The translations under genes were made by a program, and so were the position numbers. From Candidatus Avilachnospira sp. (lineage in GTDB: Bacteria > Bacillota > Clostridia > Oscillospirales > Oscillospiraceae): a stretch of DNA of 64,000 nucleotides. The stretch spans positions 4,724 to 68,723 of the forward strand of contig JAZNLL010000027.1 in NCBI GenBank assembly GCA_045579045.1, written 5' to 3'. Below are positions 49,061 to 59,211 of the stretch, piece after piece. How positions within the stretch are numbered: position 1 is the stretch's first letter; each line of letters opens with the position of its first letter. The notes below the pieces were generated by a model, which saw nothing but the letters and a program-made list of their open reading frames with translations, was not told the DNA's origin and did no database searches.

Positions 49061-50851
49061 TTACTTCTTCAGCTTCTGGTCCACGGTCTCCTTCAGCATG
49101 GCTTCAAAAGCCTCGAAGGACATGGCACCCAGATCTCCGTCCACACGGTTGGTGGGAGAAACGGTGCCGTTCTCCATGTCACGGTCGCCGACGACCACCA
49201 TGTAGGGGACTTTCTCCAGTCTGGCTTCACGGAGCTTCTTGCCCACCTTCTCATTGCGGAAGTCCACTTCTGTACGGAAGCCCTGCATATTCAACTTGCG
49301 GGACATCTCTGCGCAGTAGTCGAAAGCACGGTCGGTGACGGGCAGGAAACGAACCTGCTCAGGTGCCATCCATGTGGGCAGGGCACCGGCGTACCGCTCG
49401 ATCAGATAGGCCAGAGTACGCTCGTAGCAGCCCAGAGAAGTTCTGTGGATGATATAAGGCAGAGCCTTTTCGCCGTTCTCATCGATATAGTACATGCCGA
49501 ACTTTTCAGCCAGCAGCATATCGATCTGAATGGTGACGATGGTATCTTCCTTGCCAAAGACATTCTTATACTGGATATCCAGCTTGGGTCCGTAGAAAGC
49601 AGCCTCGTCGATACCAATTTCATATTCTACGCCCAGATCGTCGAGAATCTTGCCCATAGCTTCCTGTGCAGCATTCCACTGCTCGGCAGTGCCTTCGTAC
49701 TTGGCGGTGTTGTTGGGGTCCCACTGGGAGAAACGGAAGGTGCAGCTTTCCAGCATGCCGACCGTATCCAGCACATACTTGGCCAGATCAAGGCAGCCCT
49801 TGAATTCCTCTGCCAGCTGATCGGGACGGAGGACCAGATGGCCCTCGGAGATGGTGAACTGACGGACACGAATCAGACCGTGCATTTCGCCGGAATCCTC
49901 GTTGCGGAACAGGGTGGAAGTTTCACCCAGACGCATGGGTAGGTCACGGTAGGAACGCTGACGGTTCAGATAGACCTGATACTGGAAGGGGCAGGTCATG
50001 GGACGGAGGGCAAAGCACTCCTTGGTCTCATCGGTGGGATCACCCAGAACGAACATGCCGTCCAGATAATGATCCCAGTGACCAGAGATCTTATACAGAT
50101 CGCTCTTGGCCATGAGAGGGGTCTTGGTCAGCAGATAGCCACGCTTCTGCTCCTCATCTTCCACCCAGCGCTGGAGAGTCTGGACGGTTCTTGCGCCCTT
50201 GGGGAGCAGGATGGGCAGACCCTGACCAACACAGTCAACAGTGGTGAAGTATTCCAGTTCACGGCCCAGCTTGTTGTGGTCACGCTTCAGCGCTTCTTCT
50301 CTCTCAGCGATGTAGGCATCCAGTTCTTCCTTCTTGGGGAAGGCCACGCCGTAGATACGCTGGAGCATCTTGCGGTTGGAATCGCCGCGCCAATAAGCAC
50401 CGGTGCAGGAAGTCAGCTTGATGGCATTGCCCTTGATGCGACCGGTGGAGTCCAGATGCGGACCGGCGCACAGGTCCACAAAATCACCCTGCTGATAGAA
50501 GGAGATGACAGCATCCTCAGGCAGATCATTGATGAGTTCGACCTTGTAAGGCTCAGCCTTGTCTTCCATAAACTTGATGGCCTCGGCTCTGGGCAGTTCG
50601 AACCGCTCCAGCTTCAGCTTTTCCTTGCAGATCTTCCGCATTTCGGCTTCCAGATTTTCCAGATCTTCCTGGGTGAAGCTCTCAGCGCTGTCGAAGTCGT
50701 AGTAGAAGCCGTTTTCGATGGCAGGACCGATGGCCAGCTTCACATCGGGACGCAGACGCTTGACGGCCTGTGCCAGCACATGGGAGCAGGTATGCCAATA
50801 GGTCTTGCGGTACTGCTCGTTTTCAAAGGTGTACAGATTTTCTTCGCTCAT
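49061..50851 (-). CDS. thrS: Threonine--tRNA ligase (short form without N-terminal TGS domain)
   Basis: ORF 49061..51055 trimmed to ATG 50851 (MSEENLY, GGAGG RBS); the upstream part is the T-box leader. Editing-domain HTCSHVLAQA, class II motifs, C-terminal anticodon-binding domain. Confidence 0.9.
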   Translation of the reverse strand: MSEENLYTFENEQYRKTYWHTCSHVLAQAVKRLRPDVKLAIGPAIENGFYYDFDSAESFTQEDLENLEAEMRKICKEKLKLERFELPRAEAIKFMEDKAEPYKVELINDLPEDAVISFYQQGDFVDLCAGPHLDSTGRIKGNAIKLTSCTGAYWRGDSNRKMLQRIYGVAFPKKEELDAYIAEREEALKRDHNKLGRELEYFTTVDCVGQGLPILLPKGARTVQTLQRWVEDEEQKRGYLLTKTPLMAKSDLYKISGHWDHYLDGMFVLGDPTDETKECFALRPMTCPFQYQVYLNRQRSYRDLPMRLGETSTLFRNEDSGEMHGLIRVRQFTISEGHLVLRPDQLAEEFKGCLDLAKYVLDTVGMLESCTFRFSQWDPNNTAKYEGTAEQWNAAQEAMGKILDDLGVEYEIGIDEAAFYGPKLDIQYKNVFGKEDTIVTIQIDMLLAEKFGMYYIDENGEKALPYIIHRTSLGCYERTLAYLIERYAGALPTWMAPEQVRFLPVTDRAFDYCAEMSRKLNMQGFRTEVDFRNEKVGKKLREARLEKVPYMVVVGDRDMENGTVSPTNRVDGDLGAMSFEAFEAMLKETVDQKLKK

Positions 50852-50884
50852 GGTAGTTGCCTCCTTGTTTTGTTGGGGCAGAAT

Positions 50885-51130
50885 AGATAAATCCCACCCC
50901 TGAAAATTCAGGGGTGGGATACAACTCAATGTATTCCACGGTTCCACCCTGCTTGCAGCCATGGGCTGCCGCTCGTCGCCTCTGTAACGGGAGGACCCGT
51001 CGCTTCTTATTTCGAAGCGCAGCTCGGAAGTGGTAGGATTTGTCACCTTTGGCAAGCGTTCTTTCAGCCTATGAAACGCCCTCTCTGAACCGGTATGACA
51101 GTCCCGTTTCTTCGTCTTTGCCCTTTTTCC
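50885..51130 (-). promoter_or_regulatory. T-box leader, specifier ACC (Thr), with its promoter just upstream
   Basis: Promoter: -35 TTGACA (51165..51160), 17 nt, -10 TATATT (51142..51137). GACGAAG base, AGAGAG bulge. Specifier ACC (51034..51032) in ACC-A-CUUC-CGAG. F-box CCGUUA. T-box core AGGGUGGAACCGUGG (50950..50936). Terminator AUCCCACCCCUGA...UCAGGGGUGGGAU (50920..50891). Confidence 0.85.
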
Positions 51131-51457
51131 TATGAAAATATACCATGTTTTTTCCCCCTTGTCAAATAGTTTTCAAATAATAACATTATGTGAACCAATT
51201 TGTAACTATTTTCAACATATTGTGTGCGAAAACCGCCAAAAACACGCAGATATGGTGTGGTTTCCCATAATATGCCATTATCTGTAAACTTGCAAAAAGT
51301 TGTCGAAATACCACTTTTTTCTCTAAGGGCTTGACTTTTTGCGAATATTTGTTATAATGGCAATTGCTACCAGTATATTCTTTTGAGAATTACATTTTGT
51401 AACTATTTGAAACCTTTTCTTGTTTCGTGTCTAAATCACAGGAAAGGAGGTTCTCTG

Positions 51458-52585
51458 ATGCGTACCATTAAGCACATCGTTACGGCAAAAACACGGCAGA
51501 TGATTGCTGTCCGCTGGGTGGCTCTGGCCATTCTTCTGTCCAGCATTTTCCTCATTCTGACCCTGCCTGCCTTCGCACAAACCAAATACGTAATCACCGA
51601 CGGTGACAACGTCATTGTCTGTCTGTCCAACAGCACTGATCCTCAGGTCGTCATCAAAGAAGCCGGCCTGGAATTGGGAGAAGACGACACTTATACGACC
51701 CTGTTGGGTGACGGTGCCACACAGATCCATATCAACCGTGTCCAGATGATCTCCGTCCATGAGCGGGGTCAGGTCTATGTGGTCGGTTCTTATGGCGGAA
51801 CCGTTTCCGATGTTCTGGCTTCTCTGGATATCACCCTGTCCGACTCCGACGTTCTCTCCTGCGGTCTGGATACCCAGACCTACGACGGTATGACCATCAC
51901 CATTACCAGAGTCACCCATGAAACTCTGGAATATGAAGAAGCAATTCCCTACGGCACCCGTACCTTCGAAGACACCTCCCTCGCCCCCGGTGAGGAAGAG
52001 ATCCTTCTGGAAGGCAAGGATGGTCTCAACCGCTTTACCGCTCAGATCACCTATGAAGACGGAGTGGAAGTGGATCGCGCAATCCTGTCCCAGCAGATGG
52101 TTTCCGCTGCACAGGACGCCATTATCCTCCGGGGTGTGGATCGCTCCGTGATGGATCAGACCTTCACCAACGTCACCGATTATACGGTTTCCAACAACTG
52201 GTATCGCTACACACCTCCCACAGAAGAGGAAATCGCAGCCGATACGGAAGAGAAACTGGTTCCCGGTACGAAGCTGAGTTACCATGAGGCTGTCAAGTTC
52301 CGTGCTACAGCCTACACCTGCAACAGCCCCAACTATGCCGGCGACCGGCGAACCTTCACCGGTACTGCTGCACGAGTCGGTGCCATTGCTGTTGACCCCA
52401 AGGTCATTCCTCTGGGTACCAGGATGTACATCGCCTCTGCAGACGGTGAATACATCTACGGCTACTGTGTGGCCGAAGATACCGGCGGTCTCATTAAGGG
52501 CAATCTCGTGGACCTGTACTATGACACCCACGAAGCCTGTATGGAGTTTGGACGCAGAGACATCATCATCTATTTCCTTGACTGA
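51458..52585 (+). CDS. YabE-like cell-wall protein (DUF348 repeats + G5 + 3D domain)
   Basis: ORF trimmed to ATG 51458 after AGGAGG. TM anchor, G5 segment (ILLEGKDGLNRFTAQITYEDG). C-terminal 3D domain (ATAYT..., DTGGLIKGN.VDLY). Confidence 0.75.
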   Translation: MRTIKHIVTAKTRQMIAVRWVALAILLSSIFLILTLPAFAQTKYVITDGDNVIVCLSNSTDPQVVIKEAGLELGEDDTYTTLLGDGATQIHINRVQMISVHERGQVYVVGSYGGTVSDVLASLDITLSDSDVLSCGLDTQTYDGMTITITRVTHETLEYEEAIPYGTRTFEDTSLAPGEEEILLEGKDGLNRFTAQITYEDGVEVDRAILSQQMVSAAQDAIILRGVDRSVMDQTFTNVTDYTVSNNWYRYTPPTEEEIAADTEEKLVPGTKLSYHEAVKFRATAYTCNSPNYAGDRRTFTGTAARVGAIAVDPKVIPLGTRMYIASADGEYIYGYCVAEDTGGLIKGNLVDLYYDTHEACMEFGRRDIIIYFLD

Positions 52586-52621
52586 CAAAAATAACCGGAT
52601 CTTTCGATCCGGTTATTTTTT
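52586..52621. terminator. Bidirectional terminator
   Basis: AAAAATAACCGGATC-TTTC-GATCCGGTTATTTTTTT. Confidence 0.85.
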
Positions 52622-55224
52622 TATTTAACTGTCAGGCTGTCATTTTCCACTTTGACTTCCAGCTCTGTGCCGGGAAGGATATCACCCTTTAGGATTCGCT
52701 TGGCAATGAGCGTTTCCACCGTCCGCTGGACATAGCGGCGCAAAGGTCTTGCACCGTACTGGGGATCATAGGCAGCTTCGATGATAAAGGCCTTGGCTTC
52801 GGCTGTCAGACGGCAGGAAAGCTGCTTTTGTGCCAGTCGGCTGTTGAGATCCGCCAGCTGCAGATCGATGATCCCGGTAATGTTTTCTCTGGTCAGAGGC
52901 TTATAGAATACCGTTTCATCCAGTCTGTTGAGGAATTCCGGACGGAAGCTGCGGCGGAGCAGCTGTTCCACCTGCTCTCTGGCTTCCGGAAGAATGCTCC
53001 CCTCTTCATCAATTCCATCCAGCAGGTACTGGCTGCCCAGATTGGAGGTCAGGATGAGGATGGTGTTCTTGAAATCCACTGTTCTGCCCTGGGAATCGGT
53101 GATACGTCCGTCATCGAGAACCTGCAGAAGGACATTGAACACATCGGGATGAGCCTTTTCCACCTCATCAAAAAGAATGACGGAATAAGGTTTGCGGCGG
53201 ACGGCCTCTGTCAGCTGACCGCCCTCCTCATAGCCTACATAGCCGGGAGGGGCACCGATGAGACGGGAAACGGAGAATTTCTCCATATACTCCGACATAT
53301 CAATACGGACAAGGTTCTTTTCATCGTCAAAGAGGCTTTCGGCAAGAGCCTTTGCCAGTTCCGTTTTGCCCACACCGGTGGGACCAAGGAACAGGAAACT
53401 GCCGATGGGTCGGTCGGGATCCTGTATACCGGCCCGGCTGCGCCAGATGGCTTCCACCACAGACCGAACTGCTTCGTCCTGTCCTACCACCCGGCGATGG
53501 AGGGTCTCATCCAGATGGAGCAGTTTTTCCCGCTCCCCTTCCATGAGCCGTGCCACGGGAATACCTGTCCACCGCTCGATGATTTTTGCGATCTCCTCTT
53601 CCGTGACCTTGTTCCGCAGCAGGCTCTGCTCCTGAGCATCCTGAGCCTGTTTTTCCTCATGGGCAAGCTGTTTTTCCGCTTCCGGCAGAGTGGCATATTT
53701 CAGCTTGGCGGCTGTTTCATAATCACCCTGCTGCTCTGCCCGTTCCATATCGGCATGCATTTGCTCGATCTGTTCCCGAAGCTGCTGGACTTTGCCGATG
53801 GCAGTTTTTTCATTCTCCCACTTGGTTTTCATGGCATGGAAGCTGTCACGAGCCTCTGCCAGTTCCTTTTGCAGTTCTGTCAGACGAGCTTTGGAAAGTT
53901 CATCGGTCTCCTCTTTCAGAGCCACTTCCTCGATCTCCAGCTGGATGATCTTCCGGCGGACCACATCCAGTTCCGTAGGCATGGAATCCATCTCCGTCCG
54001 AATCATAGCACAGGCCTCATCCACCAGATCGATGGCCTTATCCGGCAGGAAACGGTCGGTGATATACCGGTGAGAGAGAGTCGCTGCCGCAATAATGGCA
54101 GGGTCGGTGATCTTGACACCGTGGAACACCTCATAGCGTTCCTCCAAACCACGGAGAATGGCAATGGTATCCTCCACAGTCGGTTCGGAGACCAGAACTG
54201 TCTGGAAACGGCGCTCCAGAGCCGGATCTTTTTCAATATACTGACGGTATTCATCCAAAGTGGTGGCACCGATGCAGTGGAGTTCGCCGCGAGCCAGCAT
54301 AGGCTTCAGCAGGTTGCCTGCATCCATGGCACCTTCCGTCTTACCGGCACCGACAATGGTGTGCAGTTCATCGATAAAGAGAATGATCTGCCCTTCAGAC
54401 TGCTTCACTTCATTGAGAACCGCTTTCAGCCGTTCTTCGAACTCGCCGCGGTACTTGGCACCTGCGATCAGTGCGCCCATATCCAGTGAGAAGATGCTCT
54501 TGTCCTGCAGGCTCTTGGGCACATCGCCGCGGACGATCCGCTGGGCAAGTCCTTCGGCAATGGCTGTCTTGCCAACACCGGGTTCACCGATGAGAACAGG
54601 ATTGTTTTTCGTTTTCCGGGAGAGGATTCGGATGACATTTCGAATCTCATCGTCCCGTCCGATGACGGGATCCATCTTCTGCTGCCGGGCGCGCTTTACC
54701 AGATCGGTGCCAAACTTTTCCAGCGCTTCATAGGTAGCTTCGGGATTGTCAGATGTGACCCGCTGGCTGCCTCGGATGGTCTGCAGGGTCTGCAGACAGC
54801 CCTCTTTGGTAATGTTATAGGTGCGGAACAGTTCTTTGAGGGTACTGTCCGCTGTGTCCAGCAAAGACAGCAGCAGATGCTCCACGGAGACATATTCGTC
54901 GTGCATGGACTCTGCCAGAGCTTCTGCATGGCTGAGAGCTTCATCCACCGGTCTTGCAATATAGATCTTATCCACTTCTCTGCCGGAACCGGTAACTCTC
55001 GGCAGTTTGGAAAGTTCCCTCTCCAACGCTGCCGCAAAGCTCTCCACGGTAATGCCCATACGCTTCAAAAGCGCAGGCACAAGACCTTCTTCCTGTTTCA
55101 GCAGTGCCGTCAACAGGTGTACCTGCTCGATCTGCTGGTGGCTGTTTTCAACGGTCAGTTCCTGGGCAGCCTGAATGGCAGCCAGAGACTTCTGGGTGAA
55201 CTTCTGTGCGTTCATATGCTGCAC
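52621..55224 (-). CDS. clpB: ATP-dependent chaperone ClpB
   Basis: 867 aa. Clp_N, two AAA+ modules ([16 protein letters not shown]), long coiled-coil middle domain. Confidence 0.95.
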   Translation of the reverse strand: MQHMNAQKFTQKSLAAIQAAQELTVENSHQQIEQVHLLTALLKQEEGLVPALLKRMGITVESFAAALERELSKLPRVTGSGREVDKIYIARPVDEALSHAEALAESMHDEYVSVEHLLLSLLDTADSTLKELFRTYNITKEGCLQTLQTIRGSQRVTSDNPEATYEALEKFGTDLVKRARQQKMDPVIGRDDEIRNVIRILSRKTKNNPVLIGEPGVGKTAIAEGLAQRIVRGDVPKSLQDKSIFSLDMGALIAGAKYRGEFEERLKAVLNEVKQSEGQIILFIDELHTIVGAGKTEGAMDAGNLLKPMLARGELHCIGATTLDEYRQYIEKDPALERRFQTVLVSEPTVEDTIAILRGLEERYEVFHGVKITDPAIIAAATLSHRYITDRFLPDKAIDLVDEACAMIRTEMDSMPTELDVVRRKIIQLEIEEVALKEETDELSKARLTELQKELAEARDSFHAMKTKWENEKTAIGKVQQLREQIEQMHADMERAEQQGDYETAAKLKYATLPEAEKQLAHEEKQAQDAQEQSLLRNKVTEEEIAKIIERWTGIPVARLMEGEREKLLHLDETLHRRVVGQDEAVRSVVEAIWRSRAGIQDPDRPIGSFLFLGPTGVGKTELAKALAESLFDDEKNLVRIDMSEYMEKFSVSRLIGAPPGYVGYEEGGQLTEAVRRKPYSVILFDEVEKAHPDVFNVLLQVLDDGRITDSQGRTVDFKNTILILTSNLGSQYLLDGIDEEGSILPEAREQVEQLLRRSFRPEFLNRLDETVFYKPLTRENITGIIDLQLADLNSRLAQKQLSCRLTAEAKAFIIEAAYDPQYGARPLRRYVQRTVETLIAKRILKGDILPGTELEVKVENDSLTVK

Positions 55225-55234
55225 CTCCTAGTTT

Positions 55235-55261
55235 TTAGCACTCTCATCATTAGAGTGCTAA
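55235..55261. promoter_or_regulatory. CIRCE element (HrcA operator) in the clpB 5' UTR
   Basis: TTAGCACTC-N9-GAGTGCTAA, a perfect match to the CIRCE consensus, between the -10 TACACT (55279..55274; -35 TTGACA 55302..55297) and the clpB RBS. Confidence 0.9.
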
Positions 55262-55575
55262 TTCTTTGTTCTCAGTGTAATACTTTCGCTCCGGGATGTC
55301 AATAGATTCCCCCATTTGAAAGTGTTATATTTTTGTAAACATAATATTTTTGAAAGATTTAACAAATACTTAACAACTGCCCTCTAAGATATTTTACAAC
55401 TGTCAATTATGATATAACCATAACAAGCAAGTTGTTTTTTCATTTTCCCCTCCTTTCTTCCTTTTACAAAAACATCGCCAGGTTTGGTCACCTTGGCGGT
55501 GTTTTTGTTTTCATTGCAATATAAGCGCACCTCTGCTATAATAATCTCGAATTTCAAACACAAAGGAACATTTCT

Positions 55576-56760
55576 ATGAACCAAGAACTGACATTCCGGG
55601 ATCTGGGACTCTCGGAGGAAATATTGAAGGCTCTGGAAAAGAAGGGCTACGGCTATCCTACCAGAGTACAGGCTGAGGCCATTCCGCCTTTTCTGGAATG
55701 GAAGGATGTCATTGCCAAAGCCCCCACCGGCACGGGCAAGACCTTTGCTTTCGGCATCCCCATGATCGAACACATCGATGCTGAATCCGAGGACCTGCAG
55801 GGACTCATTCTGGCTCCTACCAGAGAGCTGGCTATTCAGATCTGCGATGAGCTGCGAGGTCTGCTGCGGTTTTACAAGAACATCCGTGTGGCTGTGGTCT
55901 ACGGCGGACAGAAGATGGAGCCGCAGATCAAGGCATTGAAGGGTCATCCTCAGATTCTGGTCGCCACCCCCGGCAGACTGATGGATCACTACAACCGCAA
56001 AAATCTGCGGCTGGATAAGATTCACACGGTCGTTCTGGACGAGGCCGACCGGATGCTGGACATGGGCTTCTTCAAGGATGTGACCCACATTCTTGACAAG
56101 CTCAAGAACAAAAAGAGCATGGGTCTGTTTTCCGCCACCATCTCTCAGGAGGTCATGACCGTCAGCTGGATGTACCAGCGGGATGAGGTGGAGATCACTG
56201 TGCCTGCCGATCAGGAAAACAAGCCGGATATCGATCAGTATTCCCTGACCGTCTCCCCTCTGGAAAAGACAGAGACCACCCTGCGGCTCATCCGCGCCAT
56301 GGAGTATGAACGGGTCATTGTTTTCTGCAACACCAAGGTCATGTGTCAGCGGGTCAGCGATGATCTGCGCCGTGCCGGTCTGGATGCTGACTGCATCCAC
56401 GGCGATGTCCGTCAGGGTACCAGAGAAAAGACCATGAAAACCTTTAGAGACGGCAAGCTGGCCGTTCTCATTGCCACCGATGTGGCCTCCCGTGGTATCG
56501 ATGTGGACGATGTGGACTGCGTCATCAACTTCGATGTGCCGGAAGAAAACGAATACTATATCCACCGCATCGGCCGTACAGGCCGTGCCAAGCGGAAGGG
56601 TGCTGCCTGGTCCATTCTGGGCAACTTCCCCGAAAAGGCCAAACTGGACGAGATCGCCAAGTACTCCCACTTCACCATCCGCCCCATGAAATTCATTGAG
56701 GACGACCTGTTGGTGGAAGAGGAAGTCAAAAAGCCGGTGGTCCGCAAGAAGTTCCGTTGA
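55576..56760 (+). CDS. DEAD-box ATP-dependent RNA helicase
   Basis: AKAPTGTGKT, PTRELA, DEAD, SAT, HRIGRTGR motifs. Confidence 0.9.
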   Translation: MNQELTFRDLGLSEEILKALEKKGYGYPTRVQAEAIPPFLEWKDVIAKAPTGTGKTFAFGIPMIEHIDAESEDLQGLILAPTRELAIQICDELRGLLRFYKNIRVAVVYGGQKMEPQIKALKGHPQILVATPGRLMDHYNRKNLRLDKIHTVVLDEADRMLDMGFFKDVTHILDKLKNKKSMGLFSATISQEVMTVSWMYQRDEVEITVPADQENKPDIDQYSLTVSPLEKTETTLRLIRAMEYERVIVFCNTKVMCQRVSDDLRRAGLDADCIHGDVRQGTREKTMKTFRDGKLAVLIATDVASRGIDVDDVDCVINFDVPEENEYYIHRIGRTGRAKRKGAAWSILGNFPEKAKLDEIAKYSHFTIRPMKFIEDDLLVEEEVKKPVVRKKFR

Positions 56761-57611
56761 CCGCCGCAGAAGAGGGCGTGCTGCTGCTTTGCTGCCGCCT
56801 TGGTGACACAAATGCAAAGCCTATGACCATGCCCCAGTTCCGGGAACTGGGGCAGCGTGTCTTGCCTGCCCTTGCAGGGGAAGATCCCCTGCGGCAGCTT
56901 TGTGCCAGAGATTTGACCAATTTGGGCTATGATGAAGGCCGTGCCGACGAGATTCTCCGCCTGTTGGATCGGGAGAAGCAGCTCATTGACTATCTGCGGC
57001 ACGGAGAAGAATTGGACATTCATCCTCTGACCCGGCTTTCTCCCAACTTTCCCCACAGACTGCGGCAGGCACTGGGATATCAAACACCGGCGGTTTTCTT
57101 CTATCGGGGGGATCTATCCCTGTTGGAGAAACCTGCTGTGGCTGTGGTAGGCTCCCGGCGGTTAAGACCTGCCAATCTTTCCTTTGCACAGGCCATGGGA
57201 AGACATGTCGCCCAGATCCATCAAACACTGGTCTCCGGCGGTGCTGCAGGAGCCGATCTGGCCGCCCAGAATGCCTGCATTTCCAACGGCGGCAAATCTG
57301 TTATATTTGTAGCAGACCGCCTGACAGACCACCAAACAGCAACCCACAGCCTGTATCTCTCCGCTGATGGCTACGATGTACCCTTTGCCAACTACCGGGC
57401 ATTGGAACGAAACAAATTCATCCATATTCAGGCCGACAAAGCTGTTGCCGTTCAATGTACCCTCGGAAAAGGCGGCACCTGGCAGGGCTGTACGGAGAAT
57501 CTGAAGCACGGTTGGTCAGAGCTGTTTGTCTATGACGATAACTCCCCTGCCGCTGCTGCGCTGATCGCGCAGGGCGCAAAGCCCATCATAAATGTAAGAA
57601 GCACTCGCTAA
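56757..57611 (+). CDS. DprA/Smf-like (SLOG/Rossmann) DNA-processing protein, divergent
   Basis: TTG start overlapping the helicase stop. VAVVGSRR...SGGAAGADLAAQ...RNKFI...GGTWQG resembles the DprA Rossmann core. Confidence 0.5.
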   Translation: MTAAEEGVLLLCCRLGDTNAKPMTMPQFRELGQRVLPALAGEDPLRQLCARDLTNLGYDEGRADEILRLLDREKQLIDYLRHGEELDIHPLTRLSPNFPHRLRQALGYQTPAVFFYRGDLSLLEKPAVAVVGSRRLRPANLSFAQAMGRHVAQIHQTLVSGGAAGADLAAQNACISNGGKSVIFVADRLTDHQTATHSLYLSADGYDVPFANYRALERNKFIHIQADKAVAVQCTLGKGGTWQGCTENLKHGWSELFVYDDNSPAAAALIAQGAKPIINVRSTR

Positions 57612-57628
57612 GCGAGTGCTTCTTACAT

Positions 57629-57967
57629 TTATCCGACATTCTTTGTGGCAATGACCTCTGTTCCGAAAACATCCTTCAAAATCACATCACCGATGGCTAT
57701 GGGTGCAGACACTGTCATGGTGCGAAGTTTCTTCATCACTGTGAACATCTCACCCTTGGGTACAGGTGCAGCGGTCTTGACGCTGACCATGGTATCTGCC
57801 CGGTTGGCAACCCGGACGGTGGCGGTGACGGTTCGGGTGGGATTGGTACACTCTGCTATGGCATACTCTGCGCCTCGTTTGCAGCCATTGCCTGTGACAG
57901 TCATATTCTCCTCAACTGTCACGGTACAGCCTCTGGGGCAGACAATACAGGTAAGGGTTCGCTTCAT
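57629..57967 (-). CDS. DUF1667-domain protein (third component of the clostridial glycerol-3-phosphate dehydrogenase-like trio)
   Basis: CIVCPRGCTVTV...GNGCKRG signature, 112 aa. Start overlaps the upstream gene. Confidence 0.7.
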   Translation of the reverse strand: MKRTLTCIVCPRGCTVTVEENMTVTGNGCKRGAEYAIAECTNPTRTVTATVRVANRADTMVSVKTAAPVPKGEMFTVMKKLRTMTVSAPIAIGDVILKDVFGTEVIATKNVG

Positions 57968-59211
57968 GCCAATTCCTCCAAACGCACAGTGATGGTTCCG
58001 CAGGCAGTTTTCAGCTTTTCTGCCGGGATGGTCAGTTTTTCCATTTCACCGGGAGCAGCCTTTAGCCGTTTGGCAGTCAAAAGCACATCTTCTCCACAAG
58101 TGACGGTAAACTGCACCTTTCCAAAAGGCTTAACCACCCGCAGGAACAAGGATACATCCTTCTCGGCGGAAGAAATCTGCTGGGGCAATACATAACGGAC
58201 ACCGCTGCCTGCCTGTGTCCGCAGGAGGGTTTCCTTCTTTTTCTCCGCTGTGACAAACTCTGCCGCACCGATACCGGCCCGCTCCGCTTCATCGGACACA
58301 TAGTCCACCAGATCGTGGACCTGCAGCACATTGCCGCAGGCAAAAATGCCGGGCACCTGGGTCATGCAGGTATCGTCCACCAATGCGCCGTTGGTAACGG
58401 GGTCCATGGGGATACCGGCAGCTGCAGTCAGTTCGTTTTCCGGGATCAGACCCACGGAGAGCAGCAGCGTATCACAGGGTATATACCGCTTGGTCTCTTC
58501 TTTGACTTTTCTGTTTTCATCCACTTCCGCAACGGTCACGCCCTCCAGACGCTTCTTGCCATGGATCTGGGCGACAGTGGTGCTGAGATAGAGAGGAATA
58601 TCAAAATCCTCCAGACACTGAACGATGTTCCGGGTCAGACCGCCGGAATAGGGCAGCAGTTCGCAGACTGCCTCCACCTTAGCGCCTTCCAGAGACATTC
58701 TTCTGGCCATAATGAGACCGATATCACCGGAGCCGAGGATGACCACCCGTTTGCCCACCAGATAACCTTCCATATTCAAAAGCTTCTGGGCAGTACCGGC
58801 ACTGTAAATACCGGCAGGACGGGAACCGGGAATGTTCAGAGCGCCTCTGCTCCGCTCCCGGCAGCCCATGGCCAAAATGACCGCTTTGGCTTCCAGCTTT
58901 TCAATGCCTCTGCGGCTCTGGGCCGTGACCACACGGTCAGGAGAGACTGCCGTGACTGTGGTCTCATAGCGAACTTCGATATTCCGCTCTTTCACCATGT
59001 TTTCATATACGGCAGCATACTCCGGTCCGGTCAGCTCTTGGCCAAGTTTATGTAAACCAAACCCATTGTGGATACACTGACGGAGAATTCCACCCAGTTC
59101 CGGTTCTCTGTCCAGAATGACCACATTTTTCACACCATGGTCATAGGCAGCCACAGCTGCCGCCATACCGGCAGGACCGCCGCCGATAATGACGATATCA
59201 TAGTTTGTCAT
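57964..59211 (-). CDS. NAD(P)/FAD-dependent pyridine nucleotide-disulfide-type oxidoreductase
   Basis: DIVIIGGGPAGMAAA and a second GSGDIG dinucleotide fold. Confidence 0.75.
   Translation of the reverse strand: MTNYDIVIIGGGPAGMAAAVAAYDHGVKNVVILDREPELGGILRQCIHNGFGLHKLGQELTGPEYAAVYENMVKERNIEVRYETTVTAVSPDRVVTAQSRRGIEKLEAKAVILAMGCRERSRGALNIPGSRPAGIYSAGTAQKLLNMEGYLVGKRVVILGSGDIGLIMARRMSLEGAKVEAVCELLPYSGGLTRNIVQCLEDFDIPLYLSTTVAQIHGKKRLEGVTVAEVDENRKVKEETKRYIPCDTLLLSVGLIPENELTAAAGIPMDPVTNGALVDDTCMTQVPGIFACGNVLQVHDLVDYVSDEAERAGIGAAEFVTAEKKKETLLRTQAGSGVRYVLPQQISSAEKDVSLFLRVVKPFGKVQFTVTCGEDVLLTAKRLKAAPGEMEKLTIPAEKLKTACGTITVRLEELA

Noticed and set aside
51180-51457. Possible c-di-AMP (ydaO-type) riboswitch upstream of the YabE-like gene, since that family is often so regulated.
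   Set aside because: I found only a TTGACT-N-TATAAT promoter and a 13-nt direct repeat (TTTGTAACTATTT at ~51201 and ~51395). None of the conserved ydaO helices or ACGGGG/CCCA-type motifs is visible.
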